DNA of 43,959 bases from Hydrurus foetidus. Its lineage: Eukaryota. The notes beneath the pieces were generated by a model. It saw only the letters and a list, made by a program, of their open reading frames with translations, was not told where the DNA came from and searched no databases. The stretch covers positions 1 through 43,959 of the forward strand of contig UYFQ01000214.1 of NCBI GenBank assembly GCA_900617105.1, written 5' to 3'. The position numbers were made by a program, and so were the translations under genes. Shown one piece after another: positions 1 to 10,635 of this stretch. Numbering within the stretch: position 1 is the first letter of the stretch; every line of letters begins with the position of its first letter.

Positions 1-3000
1 TCGGTGCTACTATGTTGGAGTGGTTTGGTACGAACCCTCTAAAATAGTTCGCTAAACCGAGAAATCCCCTAAGGGCAGTAACGGTTTTAGGGCGAGGAAA
101 ATCTAAAACAGATTTTATTTTCTCAGCCGACATAGATAACCCCTCTTTGGAGATCACACGTCCGACGTATTCGAGGCGTGTAACTCCGAACTTACACTTC
201 TTAGCTTTCAAGAATAAATTCTTTTCTCGAAAACGGATGAAGACATCACGAAGGTCTCTGCAGAAACTCGTCAGGCCCATTACCAAATACAATGCAATCA
301 TCGGATACATCTCACATGTTACATATAAAAGGCCCGCAAGGACAACCGTGGCCATCATCTCCTGGAAGTATGATGGGGCACGTTTGAGGCCGAAAGGCAA
401 TCGAGTGAATTGATAAATTCCAGAGAAGCATATGAATGCAGTCAGGATTTTGGCTGATGCCGTAAGGGGTGCTTGGTGGTAGCCGGACGTTAAGTCCATA
501 ACTCCAAAGATGTCAGGTTGACGAGCGCCAATGCGTTCAAACATTGCTGGAATGTTTGGGAGTGGCCAACTGGCCGACTCCGTACAGTTATTAAGTGGCC
601 GGAAGTCAATACATACACGGTATTGTCCGGGTGACTTCTGTACTACCACAGGGTGACTGTAGTATACCGCATTAGACTTTTCAACCACCCCGATCCGTAT
701 CAGATCCTGAAGGTTATTGTGAATCGCCTCTTCCTTCTGTGAGGATTGTGGGCGAAGCGGGGTCCTGTTACCAGGTACTTCCCATTGTGCCGCCTTATGA
801 TCAATATCAAAGGAGGTATACGGGCCGGTTCACGGGCCACCTCATCTTGAAAGATGTCAATAAATTCGGTACATAATGCTCTGCATGCTGTTTGCAGAGC
901 TTCCGACCCACCAAAGGTGATTGTCGAGATGACGTCGTTCGCCCTACCTGTTGGGGTAGGGTCTTTCATCAATGCAGAAAGAAACGGACCGAATGCATCT
1001 GTTTTGTCATCATCAATCTCATCTCCATTGAGATTGATTCCGCACGGCAACACGCTCGCGGCGTTAAGTGTTACTGTGTTCACTCTCGTCCCGGTCTCAG
1101 AAGGGGGGCGGTTAATACCACTGCCCGTCCATAGCGCAGATGGACCCCACTCTTCTCCACTGTTGGAATACGGTGGGTGCTCGAGTGACCTTCGTCTCCA
1201 TTGTCAGCAGTGTCGGTAATTAGGCGACACTGTGTACAAGGACTACGCGATCCGACAGCGTCACTATGATGACAACAGACGTCGGTATGTGAATCTGTAC
1301 CGATGTCGGACTCTGCCCTTAAGGGAAGTAGACCGATGTCATCTGGGCTGGGTGACGTTTCGATTAGCGTAGGGTCAAAGCCCATACGTTTCGGCGTCAG
1401 CACAAACAAGTTGTGTTGATTCAGGGACTTGCGTCCGATGATCAGATCCAATTGTGCAAAAGGATTAACACTAAAAGTGATATAGATAGTGTGCTTAATA
1501 TTACTATCATCGAAAAAAGTAAGGCCTAAATCGACTAAGGTATTACACCTATAACAAGTTCCATCAAGACCGCTACAAACGTTAAGTGCTGTTGAAGACA
1601 CATAACAATGAGCAAGTGCATCAAGTGAGACAAGCAGTGATTTGGAAACAAAATCGCCGGCCATGCTACCCGTGTCTAGGAGCGCGTGCGCTGTAAGACT
1701 AAGTCCCGTGGACTGGGGTGCTGACGCGGCTGTGGTGGGGCGTGTCCCTGCAAGGTTCTTCGTTCATCCTTGAACACCAATAATGAAAGAAGTTCATTAG
1801 GATGTGTTGAGTGTACCGCTGCTACAAGTGAGTCAGACGGTAACGTACCTATGAGCGGTATTTCCGACATGTCGGTCTGGTTATGGCATGCCGCCAGCAC
1901 CTCCGAGATTAGAGGCAGGGAGGTATGGGGTGGCTGTAACACGTGAAGACATGTGGGAAGAACATTGTTAGTGTTATCCGATATAATATTGGAGGGGGTT
2001 GAGACCTCCAATGTATTAGTTACGAGTATATCAGTGTTGAGTATACATACAGGTGGTGGTGTATCGGTAGGGTACATGTGCTAGCAGCATGTATCGCCAC
2101 TACCAATGACTCCACCACCGTGACATGAGGTAACGTACCATCATATGCGGCTGCGGGCGGTAGACCACTGTGGGTTGCGTTGATGGAGGTGTTGTTAGCC
2201 AACGTGGTGTTTTGTCCCCCAGAACCGTATCGCGGTTTGTTGGTGGGACCTCGATTATAGTTCCCCATGATTGGGGTTCCCTTGGTATTTTTCTTTTGGC
2301 CACCCCCTGGGGGCTGAGCTTTATTCAGTACCTCATCAGTGAAATTTGTTTCACGACGGGGTATGTGGATTTTGAAGCGCCCAGACCAGGGATGCGATCA
2401 TTGATAGGGTATGTCGCATGACCGTATTGTGCCCACGTGCGACCCATGTTGGAGTGGTCCCACGGAACATTGTGGTTGGTGTTTGAATCCACCATCCACA
2501 TGTGTGGGCAATTTTTCAGCAGATGGTCCATGTGTCCACACGAGTTACACTGTCGGAGTGGTGTTGTTGGCAGTGCCAGCGGTGGTAAAGCTGGGAGTGC
2601 CGCACCAACCAACAGGGTTTTGGGGTTTGTCGTGAGAGACAACCCGTATGGATTTTGGGTAGCGGGGTGACAATAAATGTCGTTGGGGTCCCCAAAAGCC
2701 GCTACGTGTAGCTGAAGTTGGCGTACCGCATTGACTTGGGAGAAAAAGCGACGCATCGCGAATTCCCAATCGTCCACGTCATGCGGGTTGACGCGTTTAT
2801 GCTCTTTGTATTTGGCGGTGATGGCACCGTTAAGAGGCATCTTTTTCTCGAAGATGAGAGTGAGTGCAGCATGGTCGGAGGTGCTGAGTGGGCCATGTAC
2901 TTGTACATGGTTCTCCACCACCTCACGAAACTGAGTCATGCAGCGCATCTCAATCTCCCTTTTGTTGTAACAAAGGCGAGATGGACTTCCGAGAAATGCT

Positions 3001-5141
3001 CAGCTAGTGACTGTCCTAGCTGTGTGTCCGCGCGAAAGTAGCGCAGGACTAATTGTGCTACTTGAGGGACCGTCAGCGTCTGGAGCCACACTTTACGTGT
3101 CTCTTCCGCATATGGATAATCTTGATCCGTATGGATCTGATCATCGATACACCTGACTGCTTTAGTCGAGATGACTTGACCAACATCATAGTTGTTGGTC
3201 CACCTCTGGGAGTGTTCGAAAAACTCCCGTGCTGCCTCTTGTCCAATAATGCCTGACGCATTTACGTTGAGAACGTAAAGCACCGTTTGCAAGGCAATAG
3301 CGGAGATGGGTCGGGAACCATCGTCCACAGCACGGCCACCCACTACAAGCGCTGTAGGTGCCGCATTGGGTGTGGCAAACTGTACCGCGGGTACGTTGAT
3401 CGGTGACGTACGATCGTGTATGTACCGTGGTATCGGTGGTCGTACCGGGTGCGCTGCATTGGGGTCGGGACCGCCCCCTGCAGCTCGGAATGCTGCTGTT
3501 TGCTGCTCGTAATCGATTATGCGAGCTGTTGCAGGCAGTATCACGATTTCAGGAGGATCCAAGGGGAGTGGGTTAGGAACCCGAATTTCCCGTGGGATCT
3601 CCTGGATGACTCGTTGGGGTTGTGGGTTGTAATCCGTGTCACCGGTGAACGTACGTACGTATGTAGGCCGTTCCGGTGACCCTGGTGGGGAAGCTTGTCG
3701 CTTGCGTGATGTGGGACCCTCTTGTGGAGGTGACGCGCGTTTGCGAGGAACGTCCGCTGTGCGGGTTATTGTCTCCACATTTTCGGGGATGCGCGTATCG
3801 CGACTCTCGAGTAGTCGAGAGTTGTCGGTAACGCGTACGGTTGCCCGTGGAGTCGCACGTTCGTCCTCGTACTGGTTGTCGTTGTACTGACGACCGTCAG
3901 TATTACGGTTGCCCCGGTTGGAGGTATCCTGTTGGCGACGATTGTCTCCTTGAGGATAGTCCCTTGGGGGACTGTCATCGTAACCCTGTGGGGTTCTCGA
4001 CGACTTCTCCTATTGGGGTTGTTGTCTCCCTGACGGAAACTGTCGTTGTTGTCGTCGCGAGAATTATCGAAACCGCGATTGTTAGTCGAATAATTTCCCC
4101 TGTTTGGGTTGTCATTACGACGAGAATCCTCGTAGTTACGATTATCCCTTTGGGGGTTATCGTTGTGACGTTGGAAAGTGTCTCTGCGATTATCCCTGTT
4201 AGGGTTGTCGTCTTGTTGGCGATAGTCGTGATCGCGACGCCCGTCATTCTGACGTGGGTTGTCGTCGTTGCGACGATTGTCGCTGTTGCGTCGATCGTCG
4301 TATTGACGTCTGTTGTCGTCGTTGAATGGGGTGTCGTAGCCGCGACGACCATCGTTGTCGTAGTCGTGGTTGTCGTCATTCTGACGGTAATTGTCGTTAT
4401 AACGACGATTATCGCTTTGACGTTGGTTGTCATTGCGGCGATCATCGTTATATTGACGTCCCTCGTTATCGTAACGAACGTCGTTACGGTGCTCCGTACC
4501 GTATGACGGGCCCGTATTACGGTTGTCCCTGGGAGGGTTGGAGTCATCGTAGTTACGACGACTGTCGTTGTGACCTTGATTGTCATCATTAGAACGTCGA
4601 TAATCGTTGTTGTTGCGATTATCGTCATTGTATTGACGTTGGTTAGGATCGTGGCGTTGACGGTTATCGTAACGATTACCGTGTCGCCCGTTGCATCTCC
4701 TTCGACGGGGTTATTCCGACGAGTTGAGTTGTCGTAACTGTCGAGGCCCCGACGACGGAGATATCGTTGCGGGGGTGAATCTATACGGTGGCGAGGGTTA
4801 GTATCGCCGTCGTCATCATCCCGGTCAGGGTTGCCATTATGGCGTGTTTGTTGACGGTTAGCGTCTGACGAACGCAACGTGACATTGTCATGTTGTCGCG
4901 TTGTGTGAACGTCGTCGTCGTCGTCGATATTACGATTAGGCGGCGCCTGATTGGAACTGTTGGTAGGTCCCAGTATTGTTACTGGGAATACCGGTCGATC
5001 AGTTCCATCAGACGCAGCTACTGCTGTCGGCGGTGTTGGTGTCGACTGAGTTTTTGAAACAGTCGTCGCTGCCGGAATTAATTGAGTGGTTAATTCGGCG
5101 AGCGACGGCGATATCTCCGAAGAGTCATCGGATAACGGCAT
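1..5141 (-). pseudogene. A1 gag-pro-RT polyprotein, frameshifted
   Basis: ORF pieces 3975-5141, 2936-3778, 2325-2948, 1676-2077, 1080-1664 and 700-1083 are collinear with A2. There is a 46-bp deletion versus A2 at ~4682 and a 1-nt deletion at the YLDD codons (~303). Confidence 0.85.
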
Positions 5142-5197
5142 CGTTAGATGACTTATGTCTTGACAATTTTAAATAGCGGGGGTCGCCAAAAAATTTT

Positions 5198-6092
5198 TGC
5201 AAGGGCTTCGCCTCGTGCCGTTTGGATGAAAATCAAACAGGCGATTAGGCGAAGCACAATAAGTCAAGCAGGTTCTGGACGGATGAGTGAATCAATCCGT
5301 ACAAAATAAGTCGGGATTGGGAGACTTGCTCGACCAATAACGAGAACGGCGTGGAAGACAAAGCTATCCACGGACGTCAGCCAAGCAAAGCTTGCGGCGA
5401 GAGATGGGCAGAAGTTAACGGAGTTAACTCTGCACAAAAATTTGGGTTTGCTGAGATGAAACTCAAGCAACCACAAGACAGTCAAGTATCGGGAGAGAAA
5501 TCTCAGCCCGAGTGACTAAGTTTACGGCAACCAGACTTCGGAGACTTGCTCGCGATAGTAAGAATTGCTCGCAAACGAGAATGTCGAATAAAATTCGAGA
5601 TTCTCCACGCAGGTAATCGGTATGGGATTGTTGAGATGAAACTCAAGCAACCACAAAATAGTCAAGTATCGGGAGATACCGAGTGACTATGTTTACGGCG
5701 ACCAGACTTCGGAGACTTGCTCGCGATAGTAAGAATTGCTCGTAAACGAGAATTTCGAATAAAATTCGAGATTCTCCACGCAGATAATCGGGTGAGTTAG
5801 GGCAGCAGGGTAGTGTAGAGGATGGTAGCTTAGAGTAGGAGAGGATAGGGTCTAAAGAAGAGAAACTAAAGGAAGTAGATCTACTGTGACCTTGGAAGGC
5901 AAAAGAGAAGGGAAATCTAAAGGCTAAAAGGAGCTAGTTAGTTAGGGATGAAGGCAGAAGGTACGCTAGTAACTTCTGCAAAGCAGCACAAACTAGCTAG
6001 TGACTGATAGTCGTGGCTGTGAACACGAAGGTACTAAGGTGGAAACAGCATCTAATCGGCTGAATGGGGTAGCAGACCCTGAGGGAGCCACA
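5198..6092 (-). repeat. 5' LTR of A1 (~895 bp; inner boundary inferred)
   Basis: The outer end TGTGGCT is shared with 31032 and 39420. The inner end ...CCCTTGCA is inferred from the TG..CA rule and from similarity with family B. Confidence 0.75.
5447..5791. repeat. Two-copy ~170-180 bp direct repeat inside the family A LTR (also 38779-39124)
   Basis: The block tgagatgaaactcaagcaaccacaa...gagattctccacgcag occurs twice in tandem in both A LTRs. Confidence 0.9.
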
Positions 6093-8959
6093 ACGGTGTT
6101 AGGTCCGCGGCTCTTTCTGCGAGTACATCGCTGAAGATGTCTCGGTATTCCATGACAAGATCTTTTAATCTGTGTACTTGGGTCTCACTACCCACGAACA
6201 CAAATTGTTCTAAAAAAACTTTGGTGTCGTCCTCCCCTCTATGAAGGTCCTTGTTGTCGCTGAATAAGGCACCGAAAGTGTCGACTTTCTCATTATCAAT
6301 CTCATCAACGGAGACTATGATACCACTGGGCTTAACGCAGACAGGGTGGAGAATATCTTCGCTTGTTATAAGTGGTGTGTGCGAAGGGGTGTGATGGAGG
6401 TCGACACCCGGACGCGGTGTATCGTCCGTACGTACAGCCAAGGCAGCAACTACGTTGCCTGGAAGCTGACGACCCTCGTTGCCACGAGCCGGGCGGTTAG
6501 CAAGATCGTTGTGGGCTGCAAACTTACAATCTGGCGAGCATATAGTCTGCTGAGTGTCGGTGACGGGTACCAAAGATGCGACTACATGGTCTATGGTAGA
6601 TGGTGGGGGACCATACTTAGCCTTCATTTTCTCCGCGAGTTTCGCTCTCTCCTTTGCTGCTTTCTTGCGCTGTGAGGGGTTCAACTTCTCAGGAGTACGT
6701 GCTGGCAACGTCTCCGCGTTAGCGACAGCTGGTGTCGAAGCAATCACCTTAAAGGATGGCGGTTTCGCCTTGGCCGTCTTACGGGAGTAGTCCTTAGGGG
6801 GCTTATCCGGTTTGACCGAGACGGGCTTTTTAGCTGCCAAAGGTGGCGGTTGTGGTGCGGACGGTGCTTTGAAACCCAAAGCGGATGGTGTCAAAATGTT
6901 AAAATTATTTATCGCTAGGGTTGTCCGACCCACAATTAAATCGATTTCTTGGTCCGGGTTAACGTTAACCGTAAAGTACACCGTGTGTATGATATCATCG
7001 TGTGATTGAAAAATGATGCCTATGTCTACAACATTGACACTCAGATAGCAGGTGCGGTCCAGGCCACTGCATACAGTCATAGGAACAGGTGAGGTGTAGA
7101 TGTATGACAGTGCATTCATTCTGACTAAGCAGTCACGCGAAATGAAGTTCCCCGGAAAGCTTCCTGTGTCCAGCAGCGCATCCCCCTCGACTTGTTTCGA
7201 ATGTCCCATCACCGCGTCCTGCGTGTCTTTACGCTGTACAGCAAAGATATTACAAGACAAGTAATCAGTCGGGTTAGTCGAGATGGGCGGTTGCACATCC
7301 GAGGGTACAAGGTCCGTACGTACGGGGATGGGTAAGACAACTGAAAGTGCAGGTAACGCAGTAAGCGGCTGTATGGCAGCAACAATGTCAGATGCAGGCG
7401 CGAGTGCATGGACAGAGTCTACAGCAGCTAGAGACTTACTTCCTTTGTTGGATCTTGGTTGGGAACTGCTCCTAGGCTGGGAGCTGCCCCTGGCCCTGTT
7501 GTGGCGTGATCCCTGTCCGCCTCCCTTCTTGTTGTCGTACTTACGACTGTCTCGGCGGTCATCGTCTCTGTCACGACTGCGTTCGCGGTTGGAAGAACGG
7601 CCACGGTCTGCGCGTCGCTCGCGTGCTTTGCGTTCGTTCAGATCGCGGTCGTCTCTCTCCCGCTCCTGCAGCGTGCGTCGGTCTCGCGCGGGACGGTCGT
7701 CCTCAGACTCACTGTTGTAACGGACTCGCTTGGATGTATCCGCATCCTCTGAGGACTCCTCCGCGCGTTTCTTCCGACGAAGTTCCCATCCTGGTAGATA
7801 CAGGTGCTCTACGAAGGTGTCATGACCCTCAGCCATCCATGCCTTTCCCATCGCAGACTCTCCCCATAACACGTGGTACTGGTTGTTCGTGTCATGAAGG
7901 CCCTTGAAGGGGCAGTCCGCAACCCGGTGTGTTGCGAAACCGCAGCACTGGCATTCAGTCGGATCCGTGCTGTACGCTCGGCGCTCGCTCCTTTGTTGCA
8001 CTAGGTCCGACGTCGAACGAGAGGAGGCTGACGCAGCGGAGTTGCTGGGACCAGACCATCCTACCGCTGAAGCCGTGGACTTGACGCTAGTGGGTGGGAA
8101 GGTGTGGACGATAGAGGTATCGCCGTACTGAGCCACCTTGAATAACGCCTGGCGTGCGACTGCGAGTGTCTTGCAGAACCTGTAGACGCATGTCAACCAG
8201 GTGTCTTCGGTCTGAGGGTTGTTGGGGTTCGACACGAACGCCACCATCCTCTCGACCTTGTCTGCCTTCTTCATGTCGAAGTAGTCGTGACGGATCTGGG
8301 ACTCTTCCGCCGCGACACGCTTCTCGAAGATCTTAATGAGGTCCCTCTGTTGTTCCTCAGTGATCTCCCCCACCGTACGGGTGTACCCCTTGATGACCTC
8401 CTTGTAATCCGCCATCATCAGTATCTCATGATCTTCATTATCAATGCAGTACTGGAACTTGACTTTGGAGAACACCTCGGCCAGGGTCTTCTTCTCATCG
8501 TGTCGCTTGCCAAAGTACTGGCTGACAAGACGAGGCGATTTGAAGGTGCGACAGTCTTGTCCTCCACAGGGAAACCTCCGACTTGTTGAGGACCTTTAGG
8601 GACGGATCGCACCGGATTTTCATGTCCAGTGTGTCCATGGCCGCCTCTGTCATAGTCTGCTGGATGTCGATGGAGTCGGCCATGGTGACGGCCTGCGCAA
8701 GGAACCTCTCAGCTTGATCCGAGCTGATGAGAGTGTTCTGTAACACAAAGAGTTTCTTGTTGAAAAAAAGAGCTTTGGTTATTGATGACGCCAGGGAGTT
8801 CTGGGTCTCTTCTCCCCGTGATGTTAATGAAAGGTTTAGTTCATTAACCGGGCTTGGAGGTCCCGTATTTCCTGTTTCCGCAAACCTCCTGATCTCCTCC
8901 TCTGATAATTCCGGTTCTGGAGGAGGGGAGGGCGTAGGAAGTGGCTGCTCTGGTGTCAT
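6093..8959 (-). CDS. Family B gag-protease polyprotein (one frameshift near 8535; truncated by the A1 insertion)
   Basis: ORFs 8495-8959 and 6052-8475 join by a 1-nt shift (…SHLQIA/RLVSQYFGK…LAEVFSKV aligns with A …QVAQLVLRYFR…LAEHFSEV). The terminal LWLPQG… is A-LTR sequence. Confidence 0.85.
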
Positions 8960-9046
8960 CCTTCTGAAGAGCTGCTAAGCAGGCTGCTTTGACCGGAGCG
9001 CTTCTTAGGTAAATTCCTCTAAGTTATCTCCCTCTTGAAAAATTTT

Positions 9047-9843
9047 TGCAAGAGGTTTGCCTCGTGCCGTATCGGTTGGACAGGTGTCTGATCGATTGGG
9101 TTAGGCAATTAAAGCAGATGAAAAATAATCAAAGGTCTTCGACTAATGGCACTTGAGATCCGGTCTTCGGCTCACCAAACAGGTTCCTGTTGGCCAATCC
9201 AAAGGAGCAGGCGTTGCTGCTTTGAGTCTTGAAACAGGCTTGAAGTCCTGTTGATGATCGCCCGCGAAGTCTTTTGCAATTCAGATAGGGGATACCTATG
9301 TTGCGTCAAACAGGTATTGACTTCTGTTCTTCAGCTGGCGTCGAAACGGCTTAGAGCTGGCAACCGATATAGCAATCGGGAATCCGTGAAGATCTTGAAG
9401 GCCTCCTTTGAAGATCTTGAAAGCTCTTGAGATTCAGGAGCTTGAGAGTCTTGATCGGCTGTTGAAATTCAGATAGGGGATACCTATGTTTCACCGATTG
9501 CGCCAAGTCGTGAGAAACGTGTCGAAATGACAACGTTTGCTCAAATCCTGAGTTCTCCAACCAAATGCTTTGGAAGGACTTCTGAAAACTCGGTGGACCG
9601 CGTGGACAGAAGTCTAGCTAAATAGGTGGATGGGTAGTAGGGGGCCAAGTAGTAGAATTTAGAAGGGAAAGCGGAACGAGTAGATCTACTGTAGTCCAAA
9701 TGAAGCTAGGAGAGGCAGAAAGGTAGTTTAGCTTACAACGGAAAGGAGGGTGGGTGAGCTTGCAGAGGTGTAAAACTCTGCATGCAAAGCGTTGCAAGGT
9801 AGACTAAACAAGCTGCGAGATGTCAGAAGGACTCTCAGCCACA
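9047..9843 (-). repeat. 5' LTR of family B (~797 bp; inner boundary inferred)
   Basis: TGTGGCT…CTCTTGCA ends parallel family A. An internal 25-bp repeat aattcagataggggatacctatgtt occurs at ~9278 and ~9466. Confidence 0.65.
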
Positions 9844-10128
9844 TGTACAGACGGCTATACGGTACTACGGAGGGTAGGAATGTGGTGCTAAATCCTGTAC
9901 CGTCACATCACCAAGAGACTGGTAAAGTATAAACGCAGTCTTATCCTCCACTAAATGTTCCTCCCATTTGAGGGCTTTCCCACTACCTTTCTTCTTTACA
10001 GAGTTAGAAGGATCATTAATGACCTCCTCTGTAGAGATGTCAACATCAGATCCTGAATCAGTTGATGCTGGACTGTCTGGAATATGAATCCCAAAAGATG
10101 TTTCGACGCCGAATACAGTGTTGGACAT
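9844..10128 (-). pseudogene. Possible 5' stub of a gene or transposase interrupted by element B
   Basis: ATG-initiated 87-aa ORF with an acidic/Ser stretch followed by KKKGSGK. A possible upstream GTAAGT splice donor lies at ~10258 (minus). No recognisable domain. Confidence 0.3.
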
Positions 10129-10309
10129 AGTGAGAGTTGAAGGAATGAGGGTTGCAACGAAGTAATCTTTTCTAAGGAAATTTGAATAGATTACTCAGAT
10201 TCTGAAGATAACTTCCCAAGAAAAGTTTGAGAACTACTGGAGATTTGAAGTAACTTACCGAGTATTGTTGCACAGTTGCAAGATTCTGGTGCTGCTTGAA
10301 GTAGATATA

Positions 10310-10445
10310 CAGATTTTTTCACAAAAAAAAGTCAACTTTTTCATGGGAAAAAAAATTATTTTTTTCAACAAAAAATATTAAAAAATCAGTTTTTTTGGTA
10401 GAAAATTTCTACTGAATTTTTTATGGTGCGATTTCAGTTAAAATA
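10310..10445. promoter_or_regulatory. Poly(dA:dT)-rich intergenic tract upstream of the lipoxygenase-like gene
   Basis: Multiple A7-9/T7-8 runs lie between divergent ORFs. Function is inferred only. Confidence 0.3.
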
Positions 10446-10635
10446 ATCCGATTTACTAGAATCTGTTATTCCGTCAATATATTCCCACCAAGAATTACCA
10501 TCCAAAATTTCATCTGTAGTCTCTGTGTTGAATCTAAAATCTTCGAATCTTTTCTTCTCTCTTTTTTGTTTTTTTCTCAGTGTCTCGGAGGTGCAATGGT
10601 TTCCGAATGTTCGACACAATATTTTATACGAAGTG

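Larger units (their letters stand above)
1..6092 (-). mobile_element. Ty3/Gypsy LTR retrotransposon family A, copy A1 (5' LTR, gag, protease, partial RT; continues beyond the left window edge)
   Basis: Nearly identical to 33289-39420. Has a CCHC knuckle (CNSCGHMDHLLKNC), protease ALLDTGS and RT motifs (YRVCIDFR, DLTSGYHQ, PFGLK). The LTR starts TGTGGCTCCC at 6092 on the minus strand. Confidence 0.95.
6093..9843 (-). mobile_element. Ty3/Gypsy LTR retrotransposon family B (5' LTR, gag, protease, start of RT region), interrupted by A1
   Basis: The LTR begins TGTGGCTGAG at 9843. Gag and protease are homologous to family A (CQCCGFATHRVADC, ALLDTGS, VCSGLD, DEIDNEKVDTFG). The ORF runs into the A1 LTR at 6092. 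Confidence 0.9.

Noticed and set aside
3841..4506. Hydrophobic V/I-rich plus-strand ORF (env-like or membrane protein) and the T/I-rich frame of 3975-5141
   Set aside because: These are antisense or off-frame shadows of the N/D/R-rich gag repeats. The T/I frame results from the 46-bp deletion in A1.
9844..10445. DNA transposon end with terminal inverted repeat
   Set aside because: No second end, TIR pair or transposase motif is visible in the window.
10525..10635. GTG-initiated N-terminal extension of the LOX-like ORF
   Set aside because: The gene is eukaryotic, and the ATG at 10636 or 10651 gives a proper signal peptide.
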